A stretch of DNA of 58,354 nt from Vicinamibacterales bacterium (GTDB taxonomy: Bacteria; Acidobacteriota; Vicinamibacteria; Vicinamibacterales; JAMQPK01): contig DATBJG010000321.1 of the NCBI GenBank assembly GCA_036556585.1, forward strand, positions 1-58,354, given 5' to 3'. Within the stretch, counting starts at the first letter, position 1. Each line of letters opens with the position of its first letter. This document shows, piece by piece, positions 7,845-18,388 of this stretch. The notes under the pieces are model-generated. The model was not told where the DNA came from, did not search any database, and worked only from the letters and a program-made list of their open reading frames with translations. The translations under genes and the position numbers were made by a program.

Positions 7845-8879
7845 TCAGGACTCGCGAGCCCCACCCTGATCGGGGCTGACGCGTGGCCGCACGATACAGC
7901 GGAAGCCAACGTGGCTTGTCGACGTATCGACGGGTTCGGGGAACCGGGCAGCCGGACGATATCGCCGACAATAATTCGGCGCGCAGAGGTGCGAGCCACC
8001 CTTTAAGACCTTGCGCGGGATCTTGATGCTTGGCTGGGTCGGGTCGCAACTATCCTCGAGACGACCGCCGCGCGGATTGTGCGGCACACAGCAGGCTTTG
8101 ACGACTTCGTCAGGATGTTTGGGCTGATACCAGTCGGTGGTCCACTCCCAGACGTTTCCAATCATGTCGTAGATCCCGTAACCATTGGCTGGAAATGCCG
8201 CGACTGGCGATGTGCGCTCGAAGCCGTCGCGAACGAGATTCGACCATGGGAACTCACCCTGCCAGGTGTTGGCCATATGTCGGTTACCCTGAACCAGTTC
8301 GTCGCCCCAGGCATACTCGGCGCCCTCCAGACCCCCGCGTGCGGCAAACTCCCACTCCGCTTCGGTCGGTAGCGCTTTGCCCGTCCACGCAGCGTACGCT
8401 TCGGCGTCGGCAAACGTGACGTGCACAACAGGGTGACGCATCAGTCGGTCGATCGAACTCAGAGGACCGGTCGGATGTTTCCAGTCAGCGCCAGCCAGAT
8501 ACTGCCACCAGTGGCTGATGTCACGGCGATCAACGGGACCGGTGGGTTGAACGAACACGAGCGAACCGGCATAAAGCATCTCAGGCAGGGCACCGGGGTA
8601 ATCCGCCGGGTTCGGAGGACGCTCGGCAAACGTCACGTGACGTGTGGCCTCGACGAACTGTTGGAACCGTTCGTTGGTCACGGGATAGCGATCGATCCAG
8701 AAGCCATCGACCGAGACGCGGTGAACGGGCTGCTCTTCAGGGTAGTGCTGCTCGGAACCCATCTTGAACGTGCCGCCAGGAACCCAAATCATGTCCGGGA
8801 AGGGCGGCTGCAATTCGGGGCGCTTGTCCGTTGCCGTGTCAGTGGCCGACGTTGAACCTGTCTGCGCTGTCGTGTCCAT
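7845..8879 (-). CDS. formylglycine-generating enzyme (FGE/SUMF1) family protein
   Basis: WVPGGTFKMGS...RYPVTNERF...GNVWEWTTDWY...KGGSHLCAPNYCRRYRPAAR. GGAGAG RBS upstream of the ATG. Confidence 0.9.
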   Translation of the reverse strand: MDTTAQTGSTSATDTATDKRPELQPPFPDMIWVPGGTFKMGSEQHYPEEQPVHRVSVDGFWIDRYPVTNERFQQFVEATRHVTFAERPPNPADYPGALPEMLYAGSLVFVQPTGPVDRRDISHWWQYLAGADWKHPTGPLSSIDRLMRHPVVHVTFADAEAYAAWTGKALPTEAEWEFAARGGLEGAEYAWGDELVQGNRHMANTWQGEFPWSNLVRDGFERTSPVAAFPANGYGIYDMIGNVWEWTTDWYQPKHPDEVVKACCVPHNPRGGRLEDSCDPTQPSIKIPRKVLKGGSHLCAPNYCRRYRPAARFPEPVDTSTSHVGFRCIVRPRVSPDQGGARES

Positions 8880-9022
8880 GGGTTCTCTCCGGCTTTCCCG
8901 TTACGCTTCGTGGGACGCGCACCACGGTATTTCGTGAGCCCTGCAATTCTGACCGATGTACGCAGTCGGTTCCAGTGGTGCACTGCCGGACTGCCGGCTG
9001 TTGTGCATGTTCCATTCCCGAG

Positions 9023-9901
9023 CTACTGCAGGCCCAGCCAATTCCCAAGAAGCGCGGCCCAGGGAACCTCGGAATAGACCAGAACCAGCAGGAAAGCCCC
9101 AAGGTAAAGGCCCCTCAAGGCTCGCTGATCGTATTCGCACTGGGCCAGCCCCATGATGAGAAGGAGCCACCCAAACCCGGCGACAGGGGCAAACGCATAA
9201 GTGCCAAAACAGAAGGCGAGCAGAGAGGCATGTCTCAACCTGCGGGTGCGTCGTCCGCCAGGCACGAGTGAGGTGAGCGCCACACAGATTTCCACGATCA
9301 AAGTTCCCCACGTTGCGATTCCCGCCAGAACTCGCAGGCGCCAGGGTTCTGTCACAACTGGAGGCGTCAGGAGTTCTGCGCCTTCGGGCAGAGCTTGAAG
9401 CGCGAGTCTATTCTGCTCAAGCTCGTTGCGGGTCAACCCGCCAATCAACATGGCCACATCAGCGAACCGCGGATCGGTGAGGACTGTGACTCGAAAGAAG
9501 CGCCCATCGAGGTAGTCCGGCGACAGTACGGCTTTCCACAACACAGCCAGCGCAAAGGCAAGGCCGATCAACCATCGGCTGCTCTTTTCGAGCATGGCGG
9601 AAATATCGGTTGTGGCCAGGGCCAGCGCGACCGCCAGACACCAGTAGCCGAGCAAATAGATGTGGTTGTCTGCCAGTGGCCAGTCGTCGAGAATCCTGAC
9701 GCCGACAAGTACGGCAAGGGCGAGCCACGTGGCCGGAGTTCGGAGCGCTGTCGGCAGGACGATGGCCAGCGCGGCCAGACAGAGGATGACGGGCAGCACG
9801 TACCACGGCCCCATCGGCCGCAGCAGCAAGGCAATCGCAGTGAGACGAAGAGCCGTCTCCACCGTCCCACTGCAGGCGGCCGGCCTGAACCACAACCTCA
9901 C
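9023..9901 (-). CDS. hypothetical polytopic membrane protein
   Basis: About 8 hydrophobic segments. GTGA overlap with the upstream gene. No family recognised. Confidence 0.6.
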   Translation of the reverse strand: MRLWFRPAACSGTVETALRLTAIALLLRPMGPWYVLPVILCLAALAIVLPTALRTPATWLALAVLVGVRILDDWPLADNHIYLLGYWCLAVALALATTDISAMLEKSSRWLIGLAFALAVLWKAVLSPDYLDGRFFRVTVLTDPRFADVAMLIGGLTRNELEQNRLALQALPEGAELLTPPVVTEPWRLRVLAGIATWGTLIVEICVALTSLVPGGRRTRRLRHASLLAFCFGTYAFAPVAGFGWLLLIMGLAQCEYDQRALRGLYLGAFLLVLVYSEVPWAALLGNWLGLQ

Positions 9902-10320
9902 GGGATGCGGTAGGAGAAGCTTCGCACGCGGCGTTCGGTGGCCCGCAGCGAGATGGGATCGAAGTCCTGACGCCAGACTTCCATCTTCACGGTTTCCACT
10001 GGTTGACCACGCCGCTTCTCGCGAGCCACAACAGCCTTCGCCAGTTGCGTGAGTCGGAAGTCGGAAGGGAATGTGGCAGCCCGCGCGGCCGGTTCCTCGA
10101 GCGAGGGCGAGATCTCCAGAGTCTCAGATCGATTCGGAGCCTCGGCCACGATGTCGATACCCCGAAACGGTGTGTGGTCGAGCGAGGCAAACATGCCAAA
10201 CCCGCCACCCTTCCAGGGACTGAGATCGGCAACCTGTGCAAGCAGGATTTGAAGGGCTGCCGTCGTAACGAGCAGCAACGGAGCAACCGCCGCCGGCCAT
10301 CGGGACGGTTTACGCCTCAT
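9898..10320 (-). CDS. hypothetical membrane-anchored protein (140 aa)
   Basis: N-terminal basic segment plus a TM helix, translationally coupled to 9023-9901. Confidence 0.55.
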   Translation of the reverse strand: MRRKPSRWPAAVAPLLLVTTAALQILLAQVADLSPWKGGGFGMFASLDHTPFRGIDIVAEAPNRSETLEISPSLEEPAARAATFPSDFRLTQLAKAVVAREKRRGQPVETVKMEVWRQDFDPISLRATERRVRSFSYRIP

Positions 10321-10409
10321 CTGGTGAAGTCAGCGCAGGACGACGACCTGATAACCGCTACGGACACCCTCAAGATCTTCGGTGGACCGCTTGAAAGGCC
10401 AGGCACGAC

Positions 10410-10431
10410 GGGCCGCGAATAATCGCGGCCC
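10410..10431 (-). terminator. GC-rich stem-loop (9-bp stem, 4-nt loop) downstream of the DUF2780 gene
   Basis: gggccgcga-ataa-tcgcggccc read directly. There is no U-tract, so terminator function is uncertain. Confidence 0.3.
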
Positions 10432-10456
10432 ATCACTCGAGCTCGCGAACCAACGG

Positions 10457-10903
10457 TTATTTCAACGCGGCCGCCAGGAGATTTCCGACGTCCGCACCGC
10501 CGCTCTTCGTGACGAAGCTCGTGAGCACGGGCACCGCTTTGGTCACCATGTCGGGCTTCAGTCCGAGTTTCGAGAACGCTCCGGCGGCACTCGAAAGTCC
10601 TCCCAATGCGCCGGCACCCGGGATTCCGGCACCCGTTGTTCCAACGGCCGCGGCCGGCGCCGCCTTGAGCAGCCCGTCCATCCCGGGCACCGAAGCGGCC
10701 ACTTTCGACCACTCCTCGGGCTTCATGCGGCTCTGGGCCAGACCGAAGAGTGCGCCAGCCGCCCCTTCGGCCTGTTCGGGCGTGGATCCGAGTTCTTTCG
10801 CCAGCGAGCTGACGAGCTCGGAACTGGCCGGGGCCTGTGCACTCGCACCCACCGCAAACGCGAGCATCAACGTCAACACGACAGCGAACGTCCTGATTGG
10901 CAT
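10457..10903 (-). CDS. DUF2780 (VcgC/VcgE-like) secreted protein
   Basis: Signal peptide, then LVSSLAKELGSTPEQAEGAAGALFGLAQ...AFSKLGLKPDMV...FVTKSGGADVGNLLAAAL. GAGGAGG RBS. Confidence 0.8.
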   Translation of the reverse strand: MPIRTFAVVLTLMLAFAVGASAQAPASSELVSSLAKELGSTPEQAEGAAGALFGLAQSRMKPEEWSKVAASVPGMDGLLKAAPAAAVGTTGAGIPGAGALGGLSSAAGAFSKLGLKPDMVTKAVPVLTSFVTKSGGADVGNLLAAALK

Positions 10904-11116
10904 ACAACCTCCTCTTTGAGCACGTCGGGTACGACGGGCAGCGCCCTCTCGTGCGTCGGCTGTCTGGGGGTTCAGCCCCGCGAGATGTCACGGTTGCCAC
11001 GACCAACAACAGCGTTGCGTGACCAGCCGCAAGGCTGATCGATGACGCTACCGTCGTTTGGACGTGTCTCGTCGCGCCAATTGCATTTCCCGTTCCGGAG
11101 ACGTGAGCGGACGGTA

Positions 11117-11758
11117 TTAGTCGGTGGGGCTGTCCGGATGTGACGTCGCCAGCGTGTGCCGTCCGATGAGCCGTGTCAACTCGGCCACCGATCCCACGCC
11201 AAGCTTGTGCATCATGTGGCCGCGATGAATCTTGACCGTCTTTTCGCTGAGATCCAGTTCGGCCGCGATCTGCTTGTTGAGCAGTCCTGCCACGACGAGG
11301 TCACAGACTTGACGCTCCCGGGGCGTGAGTCGTTCGAGCCGCGACGCGATCTCGGCGCGCTCCTGGCGTTCCACCAGGGCCTGCTCACTTCTGACGAGCG
11401 CGCGCGTCACGACGTCGAGCAGTTGATCGGCTGCCACCGGTTTGACGAGAAAGTCCATCGCGCCGGCCTTCATGGCTTGCACCGACGTGCCGACATCGCC
11501 ATACGCGGACATGAAGACCACCGGCAGCGACGGGTTGGGCCCAAGCTGTCGCTGCAAGTCGAGGCCGGTAATGTCGGGCATGCGTTGATCGAGCAGCAGG
11601 CAACCGGGGCCATCGTGCTGGGCACGGGCCAGAAACGCACGCGGGGACGAATAGGGCTCGACAACGAAATCGGCCGACCGCAGAACGCGGGTGAGCGCGC
11701 GGACGACCGCCTCGTCATCGTCCACGATAAAGACCGTTGGGGTTGCTGTGGCCATCAC
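11117..11758 (-). CDS. FixJ/NarL-family response regulator
   Basis: VFIVDDD...LLLDQRMPDITG receiver and LTPRERQVCDLVVAGLLNKQIAAELDLSEKTVKIHR HTH. Confidence 0.9.
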   Translation of the reverse strand: MMATATPTVFIVDDDEAVVRALTRVLRSADFVVEPYSSPRAFLARAQHDGPGCLLLDQRMPDITGLDLQRQLGPNPSLPVVFMSAYGDVGTSVQAMKAGAMDFLVKPVAADQLLDVVTRALVRSEQALVERQERAEIASRLERLTPRERQVCDLVVAGLLNKQIAAELDLSEKTVKIHRGHMMHKLGVGSVAELTRLIGRHTLATSHPDSPTD

Positions 11759-13632
11759 GCTGCTTTCGCGGCGGGCAGGGTGACGCGAAACTCGGCGCCT
11801 CCCTCGGGGAGATTATGCACGACAATCCGCCCTCCGTGGAGCTCGATGATGGAACGACTGATGGAGAGTCCCATACCGAGGCCGTTCTTTTTGGTCGTAA
11901 AGAAAGGCTCGAACAGACGCTCTTCCACCTCGGCGCTGATACCTGCACCAGAATCGCGCACCGAGAGCTGAATGTTGTCGCCCGACCGCTCCGTCGTGAC
12001 CCCAATTGACGCACGGGATCCCGACCCATTCTGATGCGCCGCGTCCATCGCGTTCAGCACGAGATTCAAGACGACCTGCTGCAGTTCGAGGTGATCGCCC
12101 GAGACGGGCGGCAGGTCAGGTTCCAGCTCAACCGACATCATGACGTTGTTCAGCGTCGCCCGGTTCCGCACAAGGTCCGTCGTGCTGGCCGTAATAGCAT
12201 TGACGTCCACAGGTGACCATTCAAACGGTTCTTTCCTGAGCAGCCGATGCATCCGGTGAACGACTGCCGACATGCGCAGGCTTTCGGACGCAATGTCGTC
12301 GAGGATCTCTGTCGCCTCAGGCGGAAAGGATCCGTCCGGACTGACCTGACGCTGGAGAGCCTGGGTGTTGCCGAGAACGGCCGACAAGGGTTGGCTCAAC
12401 TCGTGGGCCACGGAGGCGAACACCTCGCCGGCGGCTGCCCGAACATTCAGGTGCGCCAACTCGTGCAGTTGCTGCTGCACGCGCATTTCTGCCTTCTTAC
12501 GCGCGTCACGTTGCACCAGCAGCGCTCCGATGATGAGCATCTGAAAGCTCAACGCGCCGGCAATTCCAAGCATGGCCCACCGGTGGCGCTGCCACGCCGA
12601 GGATTCCCGGTTCAGGACGACACTCCCCGCCGGCAGGGAGCGCTCGCTGATGTTCCACCGTCTGAGCTGTTGCCAGTCGAACAGCCATGACGAATGACTG
12701 GTGAAATCGGTTGAGCCTGTTCCCGGCTCTCGCAGCCCAAGAACCGCCAGGACCTGATTTCCACCGCGTTGTCCGAGGGCTTTGTAGTTGAAAACGCGTC
12801 CCCCCACGACGCCGGCGGATCCGACCCAGTTGTCGTGAATGGCAAAGAAGGGGCGGTTGGCGACCGCCGCTAATTGTGCGATGGCGTTCCGTTGAGGGAT
12901 GAACGTCTGGCCTGAGCCGTCGGCGAAAAACGTCAAGGCCAGCACCAGGCTGTCTGCCGGGAGTTGCCGGGCGTGCACCAGAATCTTTTCGAACGAAAGG
13001 CCCGACAGTTCCGTGATCGTCACTCTCTTGCCGAGCGGGGCCAGCGCGGCGCGCGCCTGACGGAGGTAGCGCTGATCGTTGGGTGTGGCCCCACCGAGGA
13101 GAATGATCTGGCGGGTTTCCGGGACCAGAGACAGCGCCGCTTCGGCAGTCTGGAGGAAATCAAACCGCATCGGCACAATGGCAGTGCGGCGTCTGGTACT
13201 GAGATTGGATTCTCCGAAGAAGTCCTCGACCAGCAGCACTGCGGCGGGTGCGGGCCACACGCCCGACGCATGTCGGCTGGCAAAGTCGGACGCGGCCCGG
13301 CCGACGGCAACCACCACGTCAATGCGCCGGTTGACGTAGCGCATGGCGAGCCAGTCCGCAAACTGCTCGTAATCCTGTTCGGCAAATCGCGTCACATCCA
13401 GGTGCTGCGTGGAGATCGAGAAGGCCCGGGCACTTCCCGCCAGCGAACTGCGAACACCTTCCACGAGATCTTGAATGGCTGGCGTGATGGGCTGATCGGG
13501 GAGGAGCAGCAGGACCTCGAACTTTTGAACCTCCTCAGCGGCACGAGCAGGGGTTCCTATCGCCGTCCATCCGCTCACTGCCAGAGCGGCCACGGTTCGA
13601 ATCAGACGCTGTTCGGTACTGGCCACGTCCAC
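11755..13632 (-). CDS. sensor histidine kinase with periplasmic ABC-substrate-binding-like domain
   Basis: N-terminal ~330-aa periplasmic domain, one TM, H-box FASVAHELSQPLSAV, N-box LNLVLNAMDA, G-boxes DSGAGI and GLGMGLSISRSI. ATGA overlap with the regulator gene. Confidence 0.85.
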   Translation of the reverse strand: MDVASTEQRLIRTVAALAVSGWTAIGTPARAAEEVQKFEVLLLLPDQPITPAIQDLVEGVRSSLAGSARAFSISTQHLDVTRFAEQDYEQFADWLAMRYVNRRIDVVVAVGRAASDFASRHASGVWPAPAAVLLVEDFFGESNLSTRRRTAIVPMRFDFLQTAEAALSLVPETRQIILLGGATPNDQRYLRQARAALAPLGKRVTITELSGLSFEKILVHARQLPADSLVLALTFFADGSGQTFIPQRNAIAQLAAVANRPFFAIHDNWVGSAGVVGGRVFNYKALGQRGGNQVLAVLGLREPGTGSTDFTSHSSWLFDWQQLRRWNISERSLPAGSVVLNRESSAWQRHRWAMLGIAGALSFQMLIIGALLVQRDARKKAEMRVQQQLHELAHLNVRAAAGEVFASVAHELSQPLSAVLGNTQALQRQVSPDGSFPPEATEILDDIASESLRMSAVVHRMHRLLRKEPFEWSPVDVNAITASTTDLVRNRATLNNVMMSVELEPDLPPVSGDHLELQQVVLNLVLNAMDAAHQNGSGSRASIGVTTERSGDNIQLSVRDSGAGISAEVEERLFEPFFTTKKNGLGMGLSISRSIIELHGGRIVVHNLPEGGAEFRVTLPAAKAA

Positions 13633-13675
13633 ACCCAGCGGGATTCAACAATTCGGCACCGCTGAAACCCTCGTG

Positions 13676-15268
13676 TCAGGCTGCGCCGCGCTTGATGGCC
13701 AGCTTCTGGAGACGACTTCGCAACGTGCTCGGCTTCAGTCCTAGGACCTGGGCGGCTCCGCGCGGACCTTCAATCCGCCACGAGGTTGCGACAAGCACGC
13801 GGAGAATGTGCTCGCGTTCGACCGCCTCGAGAGTCGTCGAGGGTGATGCACTCTGTTCGATGCTCAGCGGCAGGCTGATCTCGTTGAGCGACAGCACGCC
13901 GTCCGAGGTAAGGATAATGGCGCGCTGAATAACGTTTTCAAGCTCGCGGATGTTGCCGGGCCAGTGATATTCCTGCAACGTTCGCATCACCTGCGGCGGG
14001 ATCGGCTCGACTTTCTTTCGAAGCTGGCGGGCAAATCGATCGGCAAGATGCCGCGCAAGGAGTGGAATATCCTCGCGGCGGTCCCGGAGCGAGGGAAGCG
14101 TAATCGGGAATACGTTGATGCGGTAATAAAGGTCGCGGCGGAAACGTCCGCTTTGGACGTCCTCTGTCAGGTCACGATTGGTGGCGGCAATCACCCGCAC
14201 ATCGACATTCATCGTCCGGTTGCCGCCCAGCCGATCCAGTTGTCCTTCCTGAAGCACCCGGAGCAATTTGGGCTGCAGTTCGAGAGGCAGATCGCCAGCC
14301 TCGTCCAGGAAGAGCGTGCCTCGGTGTGCGAGCTCGAACCGGCCGGCCTGGCTCGTGTGCGCCCCGGTAAACGCGCCGCGCTCTCGACCGAACAGTTCGC
14401 TTTCGATCAGCGTGGCCGGCAACGCCGCACAGTTGAGGGCGACAAATCGACTGTGACGACGAGGGCTGCGCTGATGGATGGCCCGGGCAATCAATTCCTT
14501 GCCCGTACCGGTTTCTCCAAGGAGCAGCACCGTGGCATGCGTCGCGGCCACCTGCTCGACGCGGAACATGACGTAACGCCACGCCACACTTTCGCCGACG
14601 ATATCGTCCTCGATTCCTCGGGTCAGACCCGAGTCGAGGTGCCGTTCACCCTCAGCCGCCAGGGATTTGTGGTTGCCGTTGGTCCGCTCGGCCTCGGCCG
14701 GTGCATCACCCCGGCCGATGCCATCGCCCAGGAGAAACTTGCCCAGCGTTTCCGTGAGCCCAACCAACGACTCCAGCGATTCGGCCTCCCACTCCAGGGC
14801 TGAATGACGCAGGCACAGCAACGCGGCTCTTGTGCTTCGGTCACCGTTTCGCCAGGGTGCACACACGAGTGTGCGCACGCCGGTCGCCCAGAGCCGGCGG
14901 TGCTCGTCGGCCGGGACATCGGGCGTGCCTGAGGGCGTTCCGGAAAGCAGTACCGGATTGGCCTGCTGCACGGCACGACGCAACCACGGGCGGCTCACCA
15001 GGTCCGTCAGGTGGGTATCCACCAGGGACTTGGTGCTGACCGTTACGACCCGGTTCGCCCCATTGAGCGCCAGGTCGAACGCGATGAGCGTCCCTTCATC
15101 GAACGCCAGGTTGGCGGTGAGCTTCGAGAGCGTTTCCTTGGTTCTGTCGAGGGACGCGGCCGGACTCTGCCCGAGAAAGGTGCACAACTCGGCCACGAGA
15201 TTCTCAACTTGTCCGGAGTGCCAGCCGGGGGAAGACGATGAGTGTGAGGGCGTGAAGTGGTTGCTCAT
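13676..15268 (-). CDS. sigma-54-dependent transcriptional activator (GAF-like sensor, AAA+, Fis-type HTH)
   Basis: Walker [15 protein letters not shown] loop (ERGAFTGA), C-terminal [22 protein letters not shown]. Start trimmed to MSNHF. Confidence 0.9.
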   Translation of the reverse strand: MSNHFTPSHSSSSPGWHSGQVENLVAELCTFLGQSPAASLDRTKETLSKLTANLAFDEGTLIAFDLALNGANRVVTVSTKSLVDTHLTDLVSRPWLRRAVQQANPVLLSGTPSGTPDVPADEHRRLWATGVRTLVCAPWRNGDRSTRAALLCLRHSALEWEAESLESLVGLTETLGKFLLGDGIGRGDAPAEAERTNGNHKSLAAEGERHLDSGLTRGIEDDIVGESVAWRYVMFRVEQVAATHATVLLLGETGTGKELIARAIHQRSPRRHSRFVALNCAALPATLIESELFGRERGAFTGAHTSQAGRFELAHRGTLFLDEAGDLPLELQPKLLRVLQEGQLDRLGGNRTMNVDVRVIAATNRDLTEDVQSGRFRRDLYYRINVFPITLPSLRDRREDIPLLARHLADRFARQLRKKVEPIPPQVMRTLQEYHWPGNIRELENVIQRAIILTSDGVLSLNEISLPLSIEQSASPSTTLEAVEREHILRVLVATSWRIEGPRGAAQVLGLKPSTLRSRLQKLAIKRGAA

Positions 15269-15567
15269 AAGATGAATTCCACTGTGAAATTCCACGACCC
15301 TGCCGCAGGCCGCCGAATGTCGTGTCGCGGCCACAAAGTAGGCTGTGGGGTACGCAACCGCAATGGGACAAAAGACCTAAGTAATTGTACGGGTAGGAGA
15401 TGTGACAGGAATGTATCGGCCGATGTCAGTGAAGGACCGTTCGCGGAGGTTTGACGCGGCCCACGACATGCCGCGACCGGCGCGATGGATTGCGGTCGGC
15501 AGATGGCCGTACAGGCCTATTGCACCGGGTCGCGCGGCGGCACGCTGTGTGATTCTGCGTTTGGAAC

Positions 15568-15894
15568 GTGATGTACATAGCCTCTGTGATTCTGTCGCTC
15601 CGTCACAACAAGCGTACCGAGGTGCTGAGTGCGGTCGATCAGTTGATGCGACACCTCCGCTCCACGCCGGGCTCTCTTGGTTGTCGATTGCTCGCTGAAG
15701 CGAACGATGCCGATTCGCTCACGCTCGTATCGGAATGGGCCACACGGGAAGCGCTCGAGACCTTCTTGACGTCACGTGAGTTCACAGTTTTGCAAGGGAT
15801 GCGCATCCTGCTGCGCAAGGATCCAGAGACTGTGCTGGACGAAGTTGTCGGCCGTGCGACGGTGCCCCTGGCAAGGGCTCATGCGAAGACCTGA
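15568..15894 (+). CDS. ABM (antibiotic biosynthesis monooxygenase-like) domain protein
   Basis: About 100 aa with ...[35 protein letters not shown], typical of ABM/dimeric alpha-beta barrel proteins. Confidence 0.65.
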   Translation: MMYIASVILSLRHNKRTEVLSAVDQLMRHLRSTPGSLGCRLLAEANDADSLTLVSEWATREALETFLTSREFTVLQGMRILLRKDPETVLDEVVGRATVPLARAHAKT

Positions 15895-15926
15895 CGTCGT
15901 CCACCCATCGGGCGTCGAGGAGGGAC

Positions 15927-16361
15927 ATGTTCAAAGAATTTCGGGAGTTCATTGCCCGCGGCAACGTCTTGGATCTGGCCGTCGCCGTCGTCATTGGCGC
16001 GGCGTTCGGGCGAATCGTCTCATCGCTTGTCGAAGGCGTCGTGATGCCGCCCATCGGCCGTCTGCTGGGTCGAGTGGATTTCTCGAGCCTGTTTCTGGTG
16101 CTCGATTCGTCCAGGGGCGTGCCAGCGTCGCTGGCTGACGCCAAGACCAAGGGGATCCCTGTCGTCGCGTATGGTGCCTTCCTCAACGAGGTCGTCAACT
16201 TCCTCATCATCTCGTTTGTGATCTTCCTACTTGTCAAGCAGGCGAACCGCTTTCGACAAGCTCCAGGCGTGACCAAGAAGGATTGCCCTCACTGTCTAAC
16301 GGCGATTCCGATCAACGCAACGCGCTGCTCGGCCTGTTGTGCCGACCTCGCCGGGCGATGA
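15927..16361 (+). CDS. mscL: large-conductance mechanosensitive channel with Cys4 C-terminal tail
   Basis: [31 protein letters not shown]...PPIG...[20 protein letters not shown]. Tail CPHC-x11-CSACC. Confidence 0.9.
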   Translation: MFKEFREFIARGNVLDLAVAVVIGAAFGRIVSSLVEGVVMPPIGRLLGRVDFSSLFLVLDSSRGVPASLADAKTKGIPVVAYGAFLNEVVNFLIISFVIFLLVKQANRFRQAPGVTKKDCPHCLTAIPINATRCSACCADLAGR

Positions 16362-16450
16362 GCGCGTAGCGGTCTGGCGATTTCCCCTTAATTTCTGCAC
16401 GTCCCGACCGACCGGAGGCACACTCGACGTGTCTGCGGACTGGACAGAAG

Positions 16451-16747
16451 ATGTCAAAACGAACACTCCCTGATGTGGCCATTTTGCTCGAATATGCTCG
16501 ATGCTACTGTCGGAGCATGATGACACTTCACAAGACTCCTCACCGTCGTCGCCGAGACCAACCGAAACCGGAAATGGAGCGGGTCCGTCAGGAAACGCAA
16601 CAGATGCTCGAGATGCAGTCGCGGCGCATCGCGCAGCTCGAGGCACACCTCGATGAAGTGCTTGCCACGAGTGACGAACTGCAGGCGCAGTTTCTCAAGC
16701 TTCGACGCGATGCGCTGATAATTGCCGGGCAGGCGGTCGCGCATTAG
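16451..16747 (+). CDS. hypothetical coiled-coil protein (98 aa)
   Basis: ORF with a heptad-like C-terminal half. An almost coextensive antisense ORF exists, so coding status is uncertain. Confidence 0.35.
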   Translation: MSKRTLPDVAILLEYARCYCRSMMTLHKTPHRRRRDQPKPEMERVRQETQQMLEMQSRRIAQLEAHLDEVLATSDELQAQFLKLRRDALIIAGQAVAH

Positions 16748-16761
16748 GCCAAACTAGGGGG

Positions 16762-18246
16762 ATGTTGTTTCGCAAGGCGTTGAAATTTGCGGTCCTCGCG
16801 ATTGCCGTCCTTCTGGTGGTCTTTGGCGTGCTCTATCAGTTTTTCGGCCTGCGGCTCGTGCTGGATGGCGGTGGGCGCCCACGTCTGCTCGTTGTCGAAT
16901 CCAGCCAACGGCAAGCCGAGCGGATAGCACGGCACCGGGAAGCGCAGCGAGCGGCAGCCCGACAGGCCCCCGCGATAGAGTCAGGGTCGCCGGAGACTCT
17001 GTCTTCGCCCGTGTCGAACGAGGCCGCGGTACCGCCACCGGGTACTGCACCGACCGAAGATACCTCCGGGCGAGATGCGCCACCTCCGTACTGGACGAAC
17101 TTTCGCGGGCCACTGCGAGACGGCGAATATCGCGAACGCGAGATCCTGACAGACTGGCCGAACGGCGGATTGAAGCCCCTCTGGAAACAGCCTGTGGGTG
17201 GAGGATATGCCTCCTTTGTCGTCGCTCGGGCCCGCGCGTTTACGATTGAGCAACGTGGGCAAGAGGAAGTGGTCGCTGCTTACGACGTGCGGACCGGGCG
17301 CGAGCTGTGGACCAACACATGGCGCGCGGAGTTCCGCGAGGCCCTGGGTGGTGACGGTCCCAGAGCCACACCCACGTGGGCGGACGGACGAGTGTACGCG
17401 CTGGGCGCGACGGGCGAGCTGCGGACCCTGGACGAAGCGACTGGCCGAGTTATCTGGCGCACGAACATTCTGACCGACAGCGGAGCCACAAATCTGGACT
17501 GGGGCATGGCCGCCTCGCCGCTCGTCTTCCACGACACGGTGATCGTGTTACCCGGCGGACCGAATGGACAGTCAGTCGTCGGGTATGACCGGGCGACCGG
17601 CAAGCGCCGCTGGTCGGCCCTTGGCGACCAGCAGGCGTACGCGTCTCCCATGCTCGTCACCCTGAATGGCATTGAGCAGCTGCTGGTCTTCAGCGCAACC
17701 AGGGTGATGGGGCTTGCCCCGGGAGACGGCACGTTGTTCTGGGAGTACCCGTTCCCGACCTACAATGGCATCAATGCTGCCCAGCCGCTCGTCATTGGCA
17801 ACAATCGGATCTTCGTGTCGGCCAGCTACGGCGCGGGCGCGGCGATGATCGAACTGTCTGGCAGTGCCGGCGCGTTCTCAGTTCGTGAGGTGTGGCGCAA
17901 TACGCGGATGAAGAACCGGTTTTCGGGTTCAGTCCTTCGCGACGGCATCATTTACGGGCTCGACGAATCCATTCTGGCGGCCGTGGATGCGGAGACGGGC
18001 GAACTCAAATGGAAGGGTGGACGCTATGGATACGGTCAGGTGCTTCTTGCTGGCAATAATCTGATCGTGCTGACCGAAGACGGCGACCTGGCTCTCGTAC
18101 GTGCGACACCCGAACGACATCAGGAAATCACACGCTTTCGGGTCCTCGAGGGCAAGACCTGGAACGTCCCGGCTTTGGCCGACGGCCATTTGCTCGTTCG
18201 AAATCTGGCAGAGATGGCCGCCTTCGATCTGAGGCTTCAGCGATAA
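16762..18246 (+). CDS. PQQ-like beta-propeller repeat protein with N-terminal TM anchor (BamB-like fold)
   Basis: Repeated ...G.V(Y/I)A(L/V)D..TG...W motifs (VAAYDVRTGRELW, LRTLDEATGRVIW, VVGYDRATGKRRW, AAVDAETGELKW). Confidence 0.85.
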   Translation: MLFRKALKFAVLAIAVLLVVFGVLYQFFGLRLVLDGGGRPRLLVVESSQRQAERIARHREAQRAAARQAPAIESGSPETLSSPVSNEAAVPPPGTAPTEDTSGRDAPPPYWTNFRGPLRDGEYREREILTDWPNGGLKPLWKQPVGGGYASFVVARARAFTIEQRGQEEVVAAYDVRTGRELWTNTWRAEFREALGGDGPRATPTWADGRVYALGATGELRTLDEATGRVIWRTNILTDSGATNLDWGMAASPLVFHDTVIVLPGGPNGQSVVGYDRATGKRRWSALGDQQAYASPMLVTLNGIEQLLVFSATRVMGLAPGDGTLFWEYPFPTYNGINAAQPLVIGNNRIFVSASYGAGAAMIELSGSAGAFSVREVWRNTRMKNRFSGSVLRDGIIYGLDESILAAVDAETGELKWKGGRYGYGQVLLAGNNLIVLTEDGDLALVRATPERHQEITRFRVLEGKTWNVPALADGHLLVRNLAEMAAFDLRLQR

Positions 18247-18388
18247 TCGGCGTCTACGGCTCATGAGTTTCTCCGTTCGGCAACGAAGTCACGACATTGG
18301 TGTACGCACGTCCTGGGTGCTTCGCCAACCCGCATCCGGAGGATTGTCATGAGCGAAGGCCTGATCCTCCGAACACAATAGGTCACCA

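Noticed and set aside
10317-11038. Overlapping 230-aa (minus) and 218-aa (plus) ORFs around the DUF2780 gene.
   Set aside because: The 148-aa frame (10457-10903) has a strong RBS, a signal peptide and a recognisable family pattern. The longer frames are low-complexity Arg/Gly-rich.
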